Shown: in pieces, positions 1 through 9,176 of the stretch | Layout of the letters: each line of letters opens with the position of its first letter | How positions within the stretch are numbered: position 1 is the first letter of the stretch | Assembly (NCBI RefSeq): GCF_000014785.1 | Contig: NC_008340.1 | Location: 420,001 to 452,000, forward strand | DNA length: 32,000 nucleotides | From: Alkalilimnicola ehrlichii MLHE-1 | GTDB taxonomy: Bacteria; Pseudomonadota; Gammaproteobacteria; Nitrococcales; Halorhodospiraceae | Direction of reading: 5' to 3' | Notes under the pieces: model-generated | The model's input: only the letters and a program-made list of their open reading frames with translations | Database searches by the model: none | Told to the model about the DNA's origin: nothing | Made by a program: the position numbers and the translations under genes

Positions 1-1
1 G

Positions 2-115
2 GAGGAGCTGCGCGAGCTCGACCAGGTGGCCTACGTGCGTTTCGCCTCCGTCTACCGCAGCTTCGAGGACGTGTCCGCCTTCCGGGAGGTCATCGAAGGG
101 CTGGAGAAGCGGTAG
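2..115 (+). CDS. nrdR: NrdR transcriptional repressor, C-terminal fragment (truncated by window start)
   Basis: Reads ...[37 protein letters not shown] in frame 2, the typical NrdR ATP-cone C-terminus; immediately upstream of ribD. Confidence 0.85.
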   Translation, partial: EELRELDQVAYVRFASVYRSFEDVSAFREVIEGLEKR

Positions 116-125
116 CGCGCCCGCC

Positions 126-1235
126 ATGTCCGGTTTCTCCCCCGCCGACAACCTCTTCATGGGCCGGGCCCTGCGCCTGGCCCGCCGCCCGCAGCAGCCG
201 CCCCATCCCAACCCCGCCGTCGGCTGCGTGCTGGTGCGCGACGGGCTTATCGTCGGCGAGGGCTGGCATGAGCGGGCGGGCGAGCCCCACGCGGAGGCCA
301 TGGCCCTGCACCGGGCCGGCGAGCAGGCCAGCGGCGCCACCGCCTACGTCACCCTGGAGCCGTGCAGCCACCACGGCCGCACCCCGCCCTGCAGCGAGGC
401 CCTGCTGGCGGCCGGCGTGGTCCGGGTGGTGGCGGCCATGACCGACCCCAACCCGCAGGTGGCCGGCCGCGGGCTGCGCCGCTTGCGCGCCGCCGGGCTG
501 GAGGTGGCCACCGGCTTGATGGCCGAGCAGGCGGCGGCGCTGAACCCCGGCTTCACCCAGCGGATGCGCACCGGGCGGCCCTGGCTGCGGCTGAAATCGG
601 CGGCCAGTCTCGACGGGCGGACCGCCATGGCCTCCGGCGAGAGCCGCTGGATCACCTCGCCCCAGGCCCGGGCCGACGTCCACCGCTGGCGGGCGCGCAG
701 CGACGCCATGCTCACCGGCATCGGCACCGTGCTGGCGGACGACCCGCGCCTGGATGTCCGCGATGCCGGCATCGAGGCGCCGCGCCAGCCGCGCCGCTGC
801 GTGCTCGACCGCGACCTGCGGACCCCCGCGGACGCGGTCCTGCTCCGCGGCGAGGGCGCGACCCTGTTCCACGGCCCGGACGTGGCCGCCGGACAGATCC
901 GGCGGCTGACCGACGCCGGCGCCCACTGCGTGGCGCTGCCGCTGGCGGACGGGCGCCTGGACCTGGGCGCGGCCCTGGACTGGCTGGGCGGTCAGGGGTG
1001 CAATGAGGTGCTGGTGGAGGCCGGGCCGACCCTGGGCGGGGCCTTGAGCCGCGCCGGTCTGGTGGATGAATGGCTGCTCTACCTGGCGCCCCACCTGATG
1101 GGCGACGCGGCGCGGCCGCTGCTGCACTGGCCGGGGCTGGAGACGATGAGCCAGCGCCAGCCCCTCCGGGTGCAGGACTGCCGCTTGGTGGGGCCGGATC
1201 TGCGGTTGACGCTGCGGCTGGGGAGCGGGACCTGA
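126..1235 (+). CDS. ribD: Bifunctional diaminohydroxyphosphoribosylaminopyrimidine deaminase / 5-amino-6-(5-phosphoribosylamino)uracil reductase
   Basis: ORF of 369 aa with HAEAMAL and PCSHHGRTPPC deaminase zinc motifs, reductase motifs (LKSAASLDGRTA), start of rib operon. Confidence 0.96.
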   Translation: MSGFSPADNLFMGRALRLARRPQQPPHPNPAVGCVLVRDGLIVGEGWHERAGEPHAEAMALHRAGEQASGATAYVTLEPCSHHGRTPPCSEALLAAGVVRVVAAMTDPNPQVAGRGLRRLRAAGLEVATGLMAEQAAALNPGFTQRMRTGRPWLRLKSAASLDGRTAMASGESRWITSPQARADVHRWRARSDAMLTGIGTVLADDPRLDVRDAGIEAPRQPRRCVLDRDLRTPADAVLLRGEGATLFHGPDVAAGQIRRLTDAGAHCVALPLADGRLDLGAALDWLGGQGCNEVLVEAGPTLGGALSRAGLVDEWLLYLAPHLMGDAARPLLHWPGLETMSQRQPLRVQDCRLVGPDLRLTLRLGSGT

Positions 1236-1266
1236 TAGACTCGCGGGTTGTTGTGGGAGGGGTGTC

Positions 1267-1932
1267 GTGTTCACCGGGATCGTACAAGCAGTGGGCCGTA
1301 TCCAGCGCCGGGACCCCCGGGGCGAGGACATGCGGTTGTGGATCGCCGCCGGCGATTTGGACCTGACCGGCGTGCGGCTGGGCGACAGCATCGCCGTCAA
1401 CGGCGTCTGTCTCACCGCCGTGGAGCTGACGGCCGATGCCTTCGCCGCCGATGTCTCGGTGGAGACCCTGCGGCTCACCAGCCTGGGTGACCTGGGCGAG
1501 GGCGATGCGCTCAACCTGGAGCTGGCCCTCACCCTGCAGACCCCGCTGGGCGGCCATCTGGTCAGCGGCCACGTGGACGGCCTGGGCGAGGTGGTCTCGC
1601 GCCGCCCCGCCGGGCGCAGCGAGGTCTGGCGCTTCCGCGCCCCCGAGGGGCTGGCCCGCTACATCGCCGCCAAGGGCTCGATCACCGTGGACGGTGTAAG
1701 CCTCACGGTGAACGGGGTGGACGGCGCCGAGTTTGAGGTCAACCTGGTGCCCCACACCCTGGAGGTCACCCGTCTGGGGCAATTGCGCCCGGGCAGCCGG
1801 GTGAACCTCGAGGTGGATATCATCGCCCGCTACCTGGAGCGCCTGCTGACGGCCGGCGGCACGGGTGGTCAGGGCGTGACCCGAGAATTCCTGGAGGCGC
1901 ACGGCTTTGGCCGGGTGCCGGGGAGCAAGTGA
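1267..1932 (+). CDS. ribE: Riboflavin synthase alpha subunit (GTG start)
   Basis: [12 protein letters not shown]... and duplicated lumazine-binding domain ([11 protein letters not shown]), overlaps/abuts ribBA. Confidence 0.96.
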   Translation: MFTGIVQAVGRIQRRDPRGEDMRLWIAAGDLDLTGVRLGDSIAVNGVCLTAVELTADAFAADVSVETLRLTSLGDLGEGDALNLELALTLQTPLGGHLVSGHVDGLGEVVSRRPAGRSEVWRFRAPEGLARYIAAKGSITVDGVSLTVNGVDGAEFEVNLVPHTLEVTRLGQLRPGSRVNLEVDIIARYLERLLTAGGTGGQGVTREFLEAHGFGRVPGSK

Positions 1933-3048
1933 ATGGCGTTCAACAGCATCGACGAGATCATCGAGGACCTGCGCGAAGGGCGCATGGCGGTCATCCTGGA
2001 CGACGAGGACCGGGAGAACGAGGGCGACCTGGTCATGGCGGCCAGCATGGTCCGGCCCGACGACATCAACTTCATGGCCCGCTACGGCCGCGGTCTCATC
2101 TGCCTGACCCTCACCCGCGAGCGCTGCGAGCAGCTCCGGCTGCCGCTCATGGTCCAGGACACCGAGCAGGCCCAGTCCACCAACTTCACCGTCTCCATCG
2201 AGGCCGCCACCGGCGTGACCACCGGCATCTCCGCCGCGGACCGGGCGCGCACCGTGCAGGCCGCGGTGGCGCCGCACGCAAAGCCCGAGGACCTGGTCCA
2301 ACCGGGGCACATCTTCCCGCTCATGGCCCAGCCCGGCGGCGTGCTCACCCGCGCCGGGCACACCGAGGCCGGCTGCGACCTGGCCCGCCTGGCCGGTTTC
2401 GAGCCCTCGGCGGTGATCGTCGAGATCCTCAAAGAGGACGGCACCATGGCCCGGCGCGACGACCTGATGGCCTTCGCCCGCGAGCACAACCTGAAGATCG
2501 GCACGGTCGCCGACCTGATCGCCTACCGCGTCCGCAACGAGCGCTCGGTGGAACGGGTGGGCGAATGCGACCTGCCCACCGAGCACGGCATCTTCCACCT
2601 CTACGCCTACCAGGACAACGTGGACAATGCCCTGCACTTCGCCCTGGTCAAGGGCCGGCCCCAGCCGGACACCCCCACCCTGGTCCGGGTGCACGTCCAG
2701 AACACCCTCTCCGACGTCTTCGCCAGCGATGGGCCGCACTGCGGTTGGCCGCTGCGCGCCGCCATGCGCCAGGTGGCCGAGGCCGGGGAGGGCGTGGTGG
2801 TGGTGCTGCGCCGGCGCGACGACAGCGACGACATCCTCAAGCGCATGCGCGCCTACCAGGTGCAGGCCAGTCAGGCCGACGAGAGCGAGGAGGCGCGCTC
2901 CAGCAGTGATCTGCGCACCTACGGCCTGGGCGCGCAGATCCTCACCGACGTGGGCGTGCGCCGTATGCGCGTACTGTCCGCCCCCAAGCGTATGCACGCC
3001 ATTTCCGGCTTCGGCATGGAAGTGGTGGAATACGTAGAGCCTGAATAG
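1933..3048 (+). CDS. ribB: 3,4-dihydroxy-2-butanone-4-phosphate synthase with C-terminal GTP cyclohydrolase II-like (degenerate) domain
   Basis: [15 protein letters not shown] motif of DHBP synthase; C-terminal RibA-like domain lacks the expected zinc-binding cysteines. Confidence 0.92.
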   Translation: MAFNSIDEIIEDLREGRMAVILDDEDRENEGDLVMAASMVRPDDINFMARYGRGLICLTLTRERCEQLRLPLMVQDTEQAQSTNFTVSIEAATGVTTGISAADRARTVQAAVAPHAKPEDLVQPGHIFPLMAQPGGVLTRAGHTEAGCDLARLAGFEPSAVIVEILKEDGTMARRDDLMAFAREHNLKIGTVADLIAYRVRNERSVERVGECDLPTEHGIFHLYAYQDNVDNALHFALVKGRPQPDTPTLVRVHVQNTLSDVFASDGPHCGWPLRAAMRQVAEAGEGVVVVLRRRDDSDDILKRMRAYQVQASQADESEEARSSSDLRTYGLGAQILTDVGVRRMRVLSAPKRMHAISGFGMEVVEYVEPE

Positions 3049-3060
3049 ACGGAACGGCCC

Positions 3061-3531
3061 ATGAATATCATCGAAGGCGACTTTCAGAATCCCGGATCGG
3101 CCCGCTTCGCCATCGTGGCGGCGCGGTTCAACGACTTCGTGGTCGGCCACCTGGTGGAAGGGGCGGCCGACGCCCTGCGCCGCCACGGCGTGCCCGACGA
3201 CCACATCGACCTGATCCGCGTGCCCGGGTCGTTTGAGCTGCCGCTGGCGGTGCAACAGACCGCCGAGGCCGGCCGCTACAGCGCCGTCATCGCCCTCGGC
3301 GCGGTGATCCGCGGCGGCACCCCCCACTTTGAGTACGTGGCCTCGGAGTGCACCAAGGGCGTGGCCGCCACCATGATGGACACCGGCCTGCCCATCGCCT
3401 TCGGCGTGCTGACCGTGGACACCATCGAACAGGCCATCGAGCGCTCCGGCACCAAGGCCGGCAACAAGGGGGCCGAGGCCGCCCTGTCGGCGCTGGAGAT
3501 GGTCTCGCTGATGAAGAAGCTGGCGGAATGA
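3061..3531 (+). CDS. ribH: 6,7-dimethyl-8-ribityllumazine synthase
   Basis: [15 protein letters not shown]..., [24 protein letters not shown] motifs. Confidence 0.96.
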   Translation: MNIIEGDFQNPGSARFAIVAARFNDFVVGHLVEGAADALRRHGVPDDHIDLIRVPGSFELPLAVQQTAEAGRYSAVIALGAVIRGGTPHFEYVASECTKGVAATMMDTGLPIAFGVLTVDTIEQAIERSGTKAGNKGAEAALSALEMVSLMKKLAE

Positions 3532-4064
3532 GCACATCGGAGTCCCCCAACACCCCCGGCCAGGGCCGCCGCGCCCGCGCCCGGGCCCGTGAACTGGCCC
3601 TGCTGGCCCTCTATCAGTGGCAGATGACCGGCCAGGACCTGGGCGCCATCGAGGCCCAGCACCTGGAGATCGACCCGGAGGAGCCGCCGGTGGAGGCGGG
3701 CGACGACGAGCACTACCCGCGCTATCCCCACGACGGCCTGGACCGGCCCTATTTCCGGGCCCTGCTCCACGGCGTGCCCGCCCGGCTCAACGACCTGGAC
3801 CAGGCGCTGGAGCCGCTGCTCGACCGCCCGCTGCGCACCCTCGACCCGCTGGAGAAGGCGCTGCTGCGCCTGGGTGCCTGGGAACTGTCCGAGCGCATGG
3901 ACACCCCCTGGCGGGTGATCATCAACGAGGCGGTCAACCTGGCCAAGCGCTTCGGCGCCGAGCAGAGCCACCGCTACATCAACGGCGTACTGGACAAGCT
4001 CGCCCGCGGCCTGCCCCTGCGCGCCACCGAGATCGAGGCCGACCGCAAACGCCGGGGGCGCTGA
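3528..4064 (+). CDS. nusB: Transcription antitermination factor NusB
   Basis: [14 protein letters not shown]... and [30 protein letters not shown]; ATG at 3528 overlaps ribH stop. Confidence 0.94.
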   Translation: MSTSESPNTPGQGRRARARARELALLALYQWQMTGQDLGAIEAQHLEIDPEEPPVEAGDDEHYPRYPHDGLDRPYFRALLHGVPARLNDLDQALEPLLDRPLRTLDPLEKALLRLGAWELSERMDTPWRVIINEAVNLAKRFGAEQSHRYINGVLDKLARGLPLRATEIEADRKRRGR

Positions 4065-4205
4065 CCATGCCCCTCCCACCCGCCGCCGAGCGCACCCCCA
4101 TCCACCGCCGCCAGATCGAGTGCGACGGCTATCGGCGCGAGGCTGGCGAAGCGGTCCAGGTGCTGTACCCGCGCCACTTCCGCCCCGAGGAGTGAGGCCC
4201 GGCGG

Positions 4206-5171
4206 ATGGACGAATTTCAACTCATCCGCAGCTACTTCCAGCCCGACGCCAGGGGCGAGGGCGTGGTGTTGGGGGTGGGTGACGACGCCGCCCTGCTGCA
4301 GCCCGCCCCGGGCCAACTGCTGGTCACCTGCGTGGACACCCTGGTGGCCGGCGTGCACTTCCCCGAAGACGCCCCGCCGGACGCCGTCGGCCACAAGGCC
4401 CTGGCGGTGAACCTCAGCGACCTGGCCGCCATGGGCGCCCGCCCCCGCTGGTTCCAGTTGGCGCTCACCCTCCCGGAGATCGACGAGGCCTGGCTGGCGG
4501 CCTTCTCCAGCGGCCTGCACCGCCTGGCCGCCGAGCAGGACGTGGCCCTGGTCGGCGGCGACACCACCCGCGGGCCCCTCACCATCACGGTCCAGGCCAT
4601 GGGCGAGGTGGCGCCCGCGCAGGCATTGCGCCGGACCGGCGCCCGCGCCGGCGACCGGCTCTACGTGACCGGCACCCTGGGTGATGCCGCCCAGGGGCTG
4701 GCCCTGTGGCAGCGGGGCGTGCGGTCTGCCGGCGGAGATGACCCGGCCGGCTTTCTGATCGACCGGCTGCACCGCCCCACCCCCCGGATGGCCGCAGGCC
4801 GCGCGGCGGCGGGCCTGGCTCGGGCCGCCATCGATATCTCCGACGGCCTGCTCGCGGACCTGGGGCACCTGTTGGAAGGTGGCGAAGGGCTGGGGGCCGT
4901 GCTGCAGGCCGACAGCCTGCCGCTCTCGCCCGCGTACCGCGCGCACTGCGAAGACTCTTTACCGGGGCGGGCGGCCCTGTCCGGGGGCGACGACTACGAG
5001 TTGCTGTTTGCGGTGGCCCCCGAGAACGAGGCGGCATTCCAAACGGCCCTGCAACATGTGCCGGCTGGATGCACCTGCATTGGCTGGATCACCGAGGATT
5101 CGGCGATTACCCTGCAAGGGGACGGAAAGGCGCAGGTCCTGACCCGCCAGGGGTATCAGCACTTCAACTAG
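4206..5171 (+). CDS. thiL: Thiamine-monophosphate kinase
   Basis: DEFQLIRSYF...GVGDDAALL...DTLVAGVHFP...VGHKALAVNLSDLAAMGA, GGDTTRGP motifs. Confidence 0.95.
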   Translation: MDEFQLIRSYFQPDARGEGVVLGVGDDAALLQPAPGQLLVTCVDTLVAGVHFPEDAPPDAVGHKALAVNLSDLAAMGARPRWFQLALTLPEIDEAWLAAFSSGLHRLAAEQDVALVGGDTTRGPLTITVQAMGEVAPAQALRRTGARAGDRLYVTGTLGDAAQGLALWQRGVRSAGGDDPAGFLIDRLHRPTPRMAAGRAAAGLARAAIDISDGLLADLGHLLEGGEGLGAVLQADSLPLSPAYRAHCEDSLPGRAALSGGDDYELLFAVAPENEAAFQTALQHVPAGCTCIGWITEDSAITLQGDGKAQVLTRQGYQHFN

Positions 5172-5208
5172 CCGGCCGGGGTGGCCGGCCCCAAGCCAAT
5201 CGGACGGC

Positions 5209-5850
5209 ATGATTCGAAGCCTCATATACGACACCCTCATCCTCAGGCTCACCTCCCGGTGGTATGCCGAGGTGCTTGATCGCCTGCCTGAAGACGCGAC
5301 CCTGCTGGATGTAGGTATCGGCACCGCCGGTGCGCTGCTGGCAAACGCGGACCGGGTCGTGCAAAAACGGCTGCGCATCACCGGCATCGACATCGACACC
5401 GACTACGTGGACCGCGCCCGCAGCCGGATTCGCGATTCCGCCCTGGCCGATCGCGTCGGCGTGCAACTGGAGTCCGTCTACGACCACCAGGGCGGCCCCT
5501 ACGACGCGGTCTACTTCTCCGGCAGTTTTATGCTGCTACCGGAGCCCGAGCAGGCGCTGCGCCACTGCGCCTCGCTGCTGAAACCGGACGGGCGCATCTA
5601 CTTCACCCAGACCATCCAGAAGCGGCCCAGCCGGTGGATGGAAACCCTTAAGCCGATGCTGAAGCGGGTCACCACCATCGACTTCGGCCGAGTGACCTAC
5701 GAGGACGAATTCAGGGCGGAGATTCGGGCGGCCGGGTTGGCGTTGGAGGAATTTACCCTGTTGGCACACCACGGCAGTCGTGCGTCTTGCATCGCGGTCG
5801 CGCGGCCAGCGCATGCATCAGGACCGTGGCCAACCCACCAACGCCCTTAG
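5209..5850 (+). CDS. Class I SAM-dependent methyltransferase, possibly with altered C-terminus
   Basis: LLDVGIGTAGALL motif I and LKPDGRIYFTQT post-motif; located outside the conserved thiL-pgpA core. The last ~15 residues look out of character. Confidence 0.7.
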   Translation: MIRSLIYDTLILRLTSRWYAEVLDRLPEDATLLDVGIGTAGALLANADRVVQKRLRITGIDIDTDYVDRARSRIRDSALADRVGVQLESVYDHQGGPYDAVYFSGSFMLLPEPEQALRHCASLLKPDGRIYFTQTIQKRPSRWMETLKPMLKRVTTIDFGRVTYEDEFRAEIRAAGLALEEFTLLAHHGSRASCIAVARPAHASGPWPTHQRP

Positions 5851-6024
5851 TGGATTCGCACAGAAGAGCGCGCTAGGTTTGGTGTAAACCAAGTACCAGC
5901 CCCGCTGCCGCCCCGACCGCCTGGAGAAGTGCACGAGCGGCAATGTAGGCCGAAACCATGAATGCCCCCAAGTGCGCCACCTCGCCACGTAACGCCGCGC
6001 CTTTCCGATATGGAAGTGACACCC

Positions 6025-6235
6025 CCAAAGGCAAGACCGGCAAGGCCGACTGGGCGCTGAGCCTGATCGGCAAGCTCTACCGCATCGAACGCGAGGGCAA
6101 GCCCCTCGATGCCGACGGCTGCCTGGCGCTGCGCCGGCCGCTGATCGACAAACTCCAGCGCTGGCTAGAGAAGTCCATCACCCAGGTGCCGCCGAAGACC
6201 GCCATCCGGCCCTTCGTGGTGGGCCGAAAAAAACC
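6025..6235 (+). pseudogene. IS66-family TnpC remnant, internally deleted, + strand
   Basis: Translation KGKTGKADWALSLIGKLYRIEREGK...RPLIDKLQRWLEKSITQVPPKTAIRPFVVGRK is near-identical to part of the minus-strand TnpC in this window, but lacks the 34-residue segment GKALRY...NPAENAI. Confidence 0.85.
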
Positions 6236-6456
6236 GCCTCAGATGGTGATGCGCTAACACCGCAAAGTAGGCCGGCCGCACCGAGCAGCAGGCCGATGAC
6301 CAGCACCGTGCCGATGGGCGTCGCCCACGCCTGCTGGACCACCGGGGCCTGTTCCCCCAGCCATACGCGCCCGTCGCCACCACTGAAAGGCACCGGCCTG
6401 GTCCGGCTGAGGCTCCGGCTGACCACCATCGATCCCACGTAGGGCCTTCGATAAGG

Positions 6457-8060
6457 GTAAGCGGTCCACCCCGCCCACTTACCGAGCTCGGTCTCAGGCC
6501 TGTATGGTCTTCCCCCAGTTCCAGGGCAGCAGGGCTTGAATCGCCTGGTCGGTGTCCGCAGCCGGCAGGCGGGTGAGGACATCTTCCAAGTACTCGTAGG
6601 GCTCCAGCCCGTTGGCCTTGGCCGTCTCTATCACGCTGTAGATCATCGCGCTGGCCGCCGCGCCCTGGGTGGTGTGACTGAATAGCCAGTTTTTTCGGCC
6701 CACTACGAAAGGCCGGATGGCGTTCTCCGCCGGATTGTTATCCAGCGGGATGCGCCCATCATCGAGAAAGCGGGTCAGCCGGGGCCACTGGGTCTGGAGG
6801 TAGCGTAGGGCCTTGCCGATGGCGGTCTTCGGCGGCACCTGGGTGATGGACTTCTCCAGCCAGCGCTGGAGTTTATCGATCAGCGGCCGGCTCTGCTGCT
6901 GACGCAGTACCAGACGATCCTCCGGGTCCAGGGTTTTGCCTTCGCGTTCGACGCGGTAGAGCTTGCCGATCAGACTCAGCGCCCAGTCGGCCTTGCCGGT
7001 CTTGCCCTTGGGCTGGACCTTCTGGGCCTCGACAAACTTCCGCCGGGCATGCGCCCAGCAGCCGGCATGGGTGATGCCATTCTCCCGCACCACCTGGGCA
7101 TAGCCCTCGTAGCCGTCGGTAACCAGCACGCCGGCATAGTCGCCGAGCAGGCGCTGGGGGACCCGGCCGGAGCGGCTGGTGTCGTAGTCGTAGCGCACCA
7201 CCTGCTCACCGGGCGGACCACCGCGCTGGACCCACATGTAGGAGGTGCTGGAGGCCGTTCGCCCCGGCTCGGTGTTCACCTGGACCGTGGTCTCATCCAT
7301 GTGGATGAGCGGCTGGGCCAGTAGATGGTCCTGCAGGGCCTGCCCCAGCGGGGTGAGCAGCTCGCCGACGCCCACCATCCAGCGCGCCAGGGTGTTACGC
7401 GGCAGCGGGATGCCCTTGCGCTCGAAGCCCTTGGCCTGGCGGTAGAGCGGCAGCCCGTATTCGTACTTGGCGGTGGCGATGTAGGCCAGCAATCCGGGGC
7501 TGGCCATGCTCCGGGGCAGCGGTTGGGGCGGCATGCTTGCGGTGTGCACGCCTTCTTCGCAGCATCTGCAGGCGTACTTGCGGCGGATGTGGCGGCGGAC
7601 CTGCACCCGGGCGGGGATGACATCCAGTTGCTCGGTGACCTCTTCGCCGATGCAGGTCAGCTCGCTGCCGTCATGCGGGCAGTAGCGCTGTGCCTCGGGG
7701 ATATCGTGCACCACCTCGACCCGCGGCAGTTCCGCGGGCAGCCGCACGCGGCCGCCACGGTTCCGGCGCTTGGCCGGCACGCTCGGGGCCGTCTCGCCGG
7801 CTTGAGCGGCCTCTGCCTCCGGTTCGGTGACCGGTGCATCGGCATACTGCTCGGCCTCGTCGAACTGCAGTTGCTGCTGATCGACGTGGTAGCGTTCGGT
7901 GGAGGGGCCGAAACGGCTGTCGAGCAGCAGCCGGATCTGCTCGAACATGGAGCACTCGCGGGCAGCCCAGTGGGCTTCCTTGGTGGCCAACAGGGCGTCC
8001 TTTTCGGCGAGCTTTTTCTCCAGCTCAGCGACCTGACGCTGCAGGGGCGTGATCAACTCG
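6457..8060 (-). mobile_element. Partial IS66-family element (3' end present, tnpA/tnpB and left end missing)
   Basis: IS66 TnpC protein with transposase motifs (HMDETTVQV, GYAQVV...HAGCWAHARRKFVEA, DNNPAENAIRPFVVGRKNWLFSHT). IS66-like terminus GTAAGCGGTCCACCC at 6457. Other end lost at the fusion with the integrase gene near 8037-8065. Confidence 0.8.
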
Positions 8061-8578
8061 TCGGCCAGTGTGACGACCCGATCCTTGCCACCCTTTCCCC
8101 GACGAACGAAGACGGCCCGGTGCCTGAAATCGACATCTTTCACTCTCAGTCGAACACTCTCCAGAAGCCGAAGTCCCGAGCCGTACTGCAGGCAGGCGAT
8201 CAACCAGTACGCCCCGGAGAGATTTGCAAGCAGCCGGGAGACCTCGTCGCGACTCAGTACAACCGGGAGCCGTTCCCGCCGTTTCGCTCGTACTGTGCCG
8301 CCAATCTCCCCGAGTGGTTGCTCAAGGACCTTCGAATACAGAAAGACCAGCGCGTTCAGTGCCTGATTCTGCGTCGCTGGGGCGACATGCCGCTCGACGG
8401 CCAGGTCGGTGAGAAACGCCCTCACCTGTGCCGCGCCCATCTCCCCCGGATGGCGCTTTCCGTGAAACAGGATATAGCGGCGAATCCATGTCAGATAGGC
8501 TTGTTCAGTGCGGATGCTATAGTGCCGAACCCGGATGGCATCACGTACCTGATCGAGAAACGGCGATCGTCTAGCCAT
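6494..8578 (-). CDS. In-frame chimera: N-terminal integron integrase (IntI) fused to IS66 TnpC transposase (694 aa from the intI ATG at 8578)
   Basis: Starts MARRSPFLDQVRDAIRVRHYSIRTEQAYLTWIRRYILFHGKRHPGEMGAAQVRAFLTDLAVERHVAPATQNQALNALVFLY...GSGLRLLESVRLRVKDVDFRHRAVFVRRGKGGKDRVV (IntI), then passes directly into QRQVAELEKKLAEKDALL...IS66 TnpC. GGAGG RBS precedes 8578. Confidence 0.88.
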   Translation of the reverse strand: MARRSPFLDQVRDAIRVRHYSIRTEQAYLTWIRRYILFHGKRHPGEMGAAQVRAFLTDLAVERHVAPATQNQALNALVFLYSKVLEQPLGEIGGTVRAKRRERLPVVLSRDEVSRLLANLSGAYWLIACLQYGSGLRLLESVRLRVKDVDFRHRAVFVRRGKGGKDRVVTLADELITPLQRQVAELEKKLAEKDALLATKEAHWAARECSMFEQIRLLLDSRFGPSTERYHVDQQQLQFDEAEQYADAPVTEPEAEAAQAGETAPSVPAKRRNRGGRVRLPAELPRVEVVHDIPEAQRYCPHDGSELTCIGEEVTEQLDVIPARVQVRRHIRRKYACRCCEEGVHTASMPPQPLPRSMASPGLLAYIATAKYEYGLPLYRQAKGFERKGIPLPRNTLARWMVGVGELLTPLGQALQDHLLAQPLIHMDETTVQVNTEPGRTASSTSYMWVQRGGPPGEQVVRYDYDTSRSGRVPQRLLGDYAGVLVTDGYEGYAQVVRENGITHAGCWAHARRKFVEAQKVQPKGKTGKADWALSLIGKLYRVEREGKTLDPEDRLVLRQQQSRPLIDKLQRWLEKSITQVPPKTAIGKALRYLQTQWPRLTRFLDDGRIPLDNNPAENAIRPFVVGRKNWLFSHTTQGAAASAMIYSVIETAKANGLEPYEYLEDVLTRLPAADTDQAIQALLPWNWGKTIQA
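8045..8578 (-). pseudogene. intI: Truncated integron integrase gene (C-terminal catalytic region deleted)
   Basis: Homology to IntI stops after ...RVVTLADELITPL. The integron-specific additional domain, the HxxRH motif and the catalytic Tyr are absent. Divergently oriented to the cassette array, as in canonical integrons. Confidence 0.88.
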
Positions 8579-8835
8579 GGCGGCTCCTCCCTGAGTGCTG
8601 TATTTATATACACTAGCGTGAGACCTAGGGGTACGCAACCGGAGATGGGCGGACGCGTTCCCTCTATCGTGCAGGGTCCGGCCGCTTGGGGAAGCCTGCT
8701 GCGCAAAGCCAACTTGCTGGGTGGATGGAGAAATTACCGGCACACAGCGGTCTGTGGCACGCTAGGTCCGTGCGTGGAAAGGTGGCCTCCGTCCGTGTTT
8801 AAAACCGGAAACATTCCGTCTACTACCTGTTAGGC
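8579..8835 (+). other. Putative attI region with recombination junction G^TTAGGC at 8829/8830
   Basis: Lies between divergent intI and first cassette. GTTAGGC (8829-8835) is complementary to the attC1 R'' core GCCTAAC (9177-9183). Confidence 0.7.
8598..8613. promoter_or_regulatory. Putative LexA (SOS) box upstream of intI
   Basis: CTGTATTTATATACAC, i.e. CTG-N10-CAC with AT-rich alternating core; one mismatch to the CTG-N10-CAG consensus, 20 bp upstream of the intI ATG. Confidence 0.6.
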
Positions 8836-8858
8836 GAATGAAGTAAGGAGTTTCAACA

Positions 8859-9134
8859 ATGAGTGATTGTGAGTCCAGCCAATGGAGAGATGCGCTCGAA
8901 GCGGAGCTTAAGGCAACCGACAAGACCGATTTGGTGATTCCTTATGGTCAGATCGCTAAGGCTTTCCCTTCCTCGAATCCGCATCCTCGCACCTTTGAAC
9001 ATCCAATGATTGATGATGTCTCTCTGAGAAATTGGGGTTCTGAGAGGGGGTGGTGCATCGACTTGGCTTCGGAGATACTGCCCGAGGGTTCGGACTCTTT
9101 GCCGCCTGTCAGGTTCTACAAAGAACACCAGTAG
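8859..9134 (+). CDS. Cassette 1: hypothetical protein, 91 aa
   Basis: ATG preceded by AAGGAG at 8846-8851; lies between attI junction and attC1. Confidence 0.7.
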   Translation: MSDCESSQWRDALEAELKATDKTDLVIPYGQIAKAFPSSNPHPRTFEHPMIDDVSLRNWGSERGWCIDLASEILPEGSDSLPPVRFYKEHQ

Positions 9135-9176
9135 AGTGAGCTTGGTGTTTCCGCCGATCCTTAGCAGCTTCGGATC

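Noticed and set aside
4067-4195. 42-aa ORF between nusB and thiL (MPLPPAAERTPIHRRQIECDGYRREAGEAVQVLYPRHFRPEE)
   Set aside because: Positionally plausible, but too short and without recognisable homology to support as a gene from sequence alone.
6178-6582. 134-aa minus-strand ORF next to the IS66 end
   Set aside because: Spans the IS terminus and non-coding debris, with no recognisable domain apart from one short hydrophobic stretch.
7325-8833. 502-aa + strand ORF running opposite the IS66/intI chimera
   Set aside because: Antisense to a clearly recognisable TnpC/IntI ORF; composition typical of a shadow ORF.
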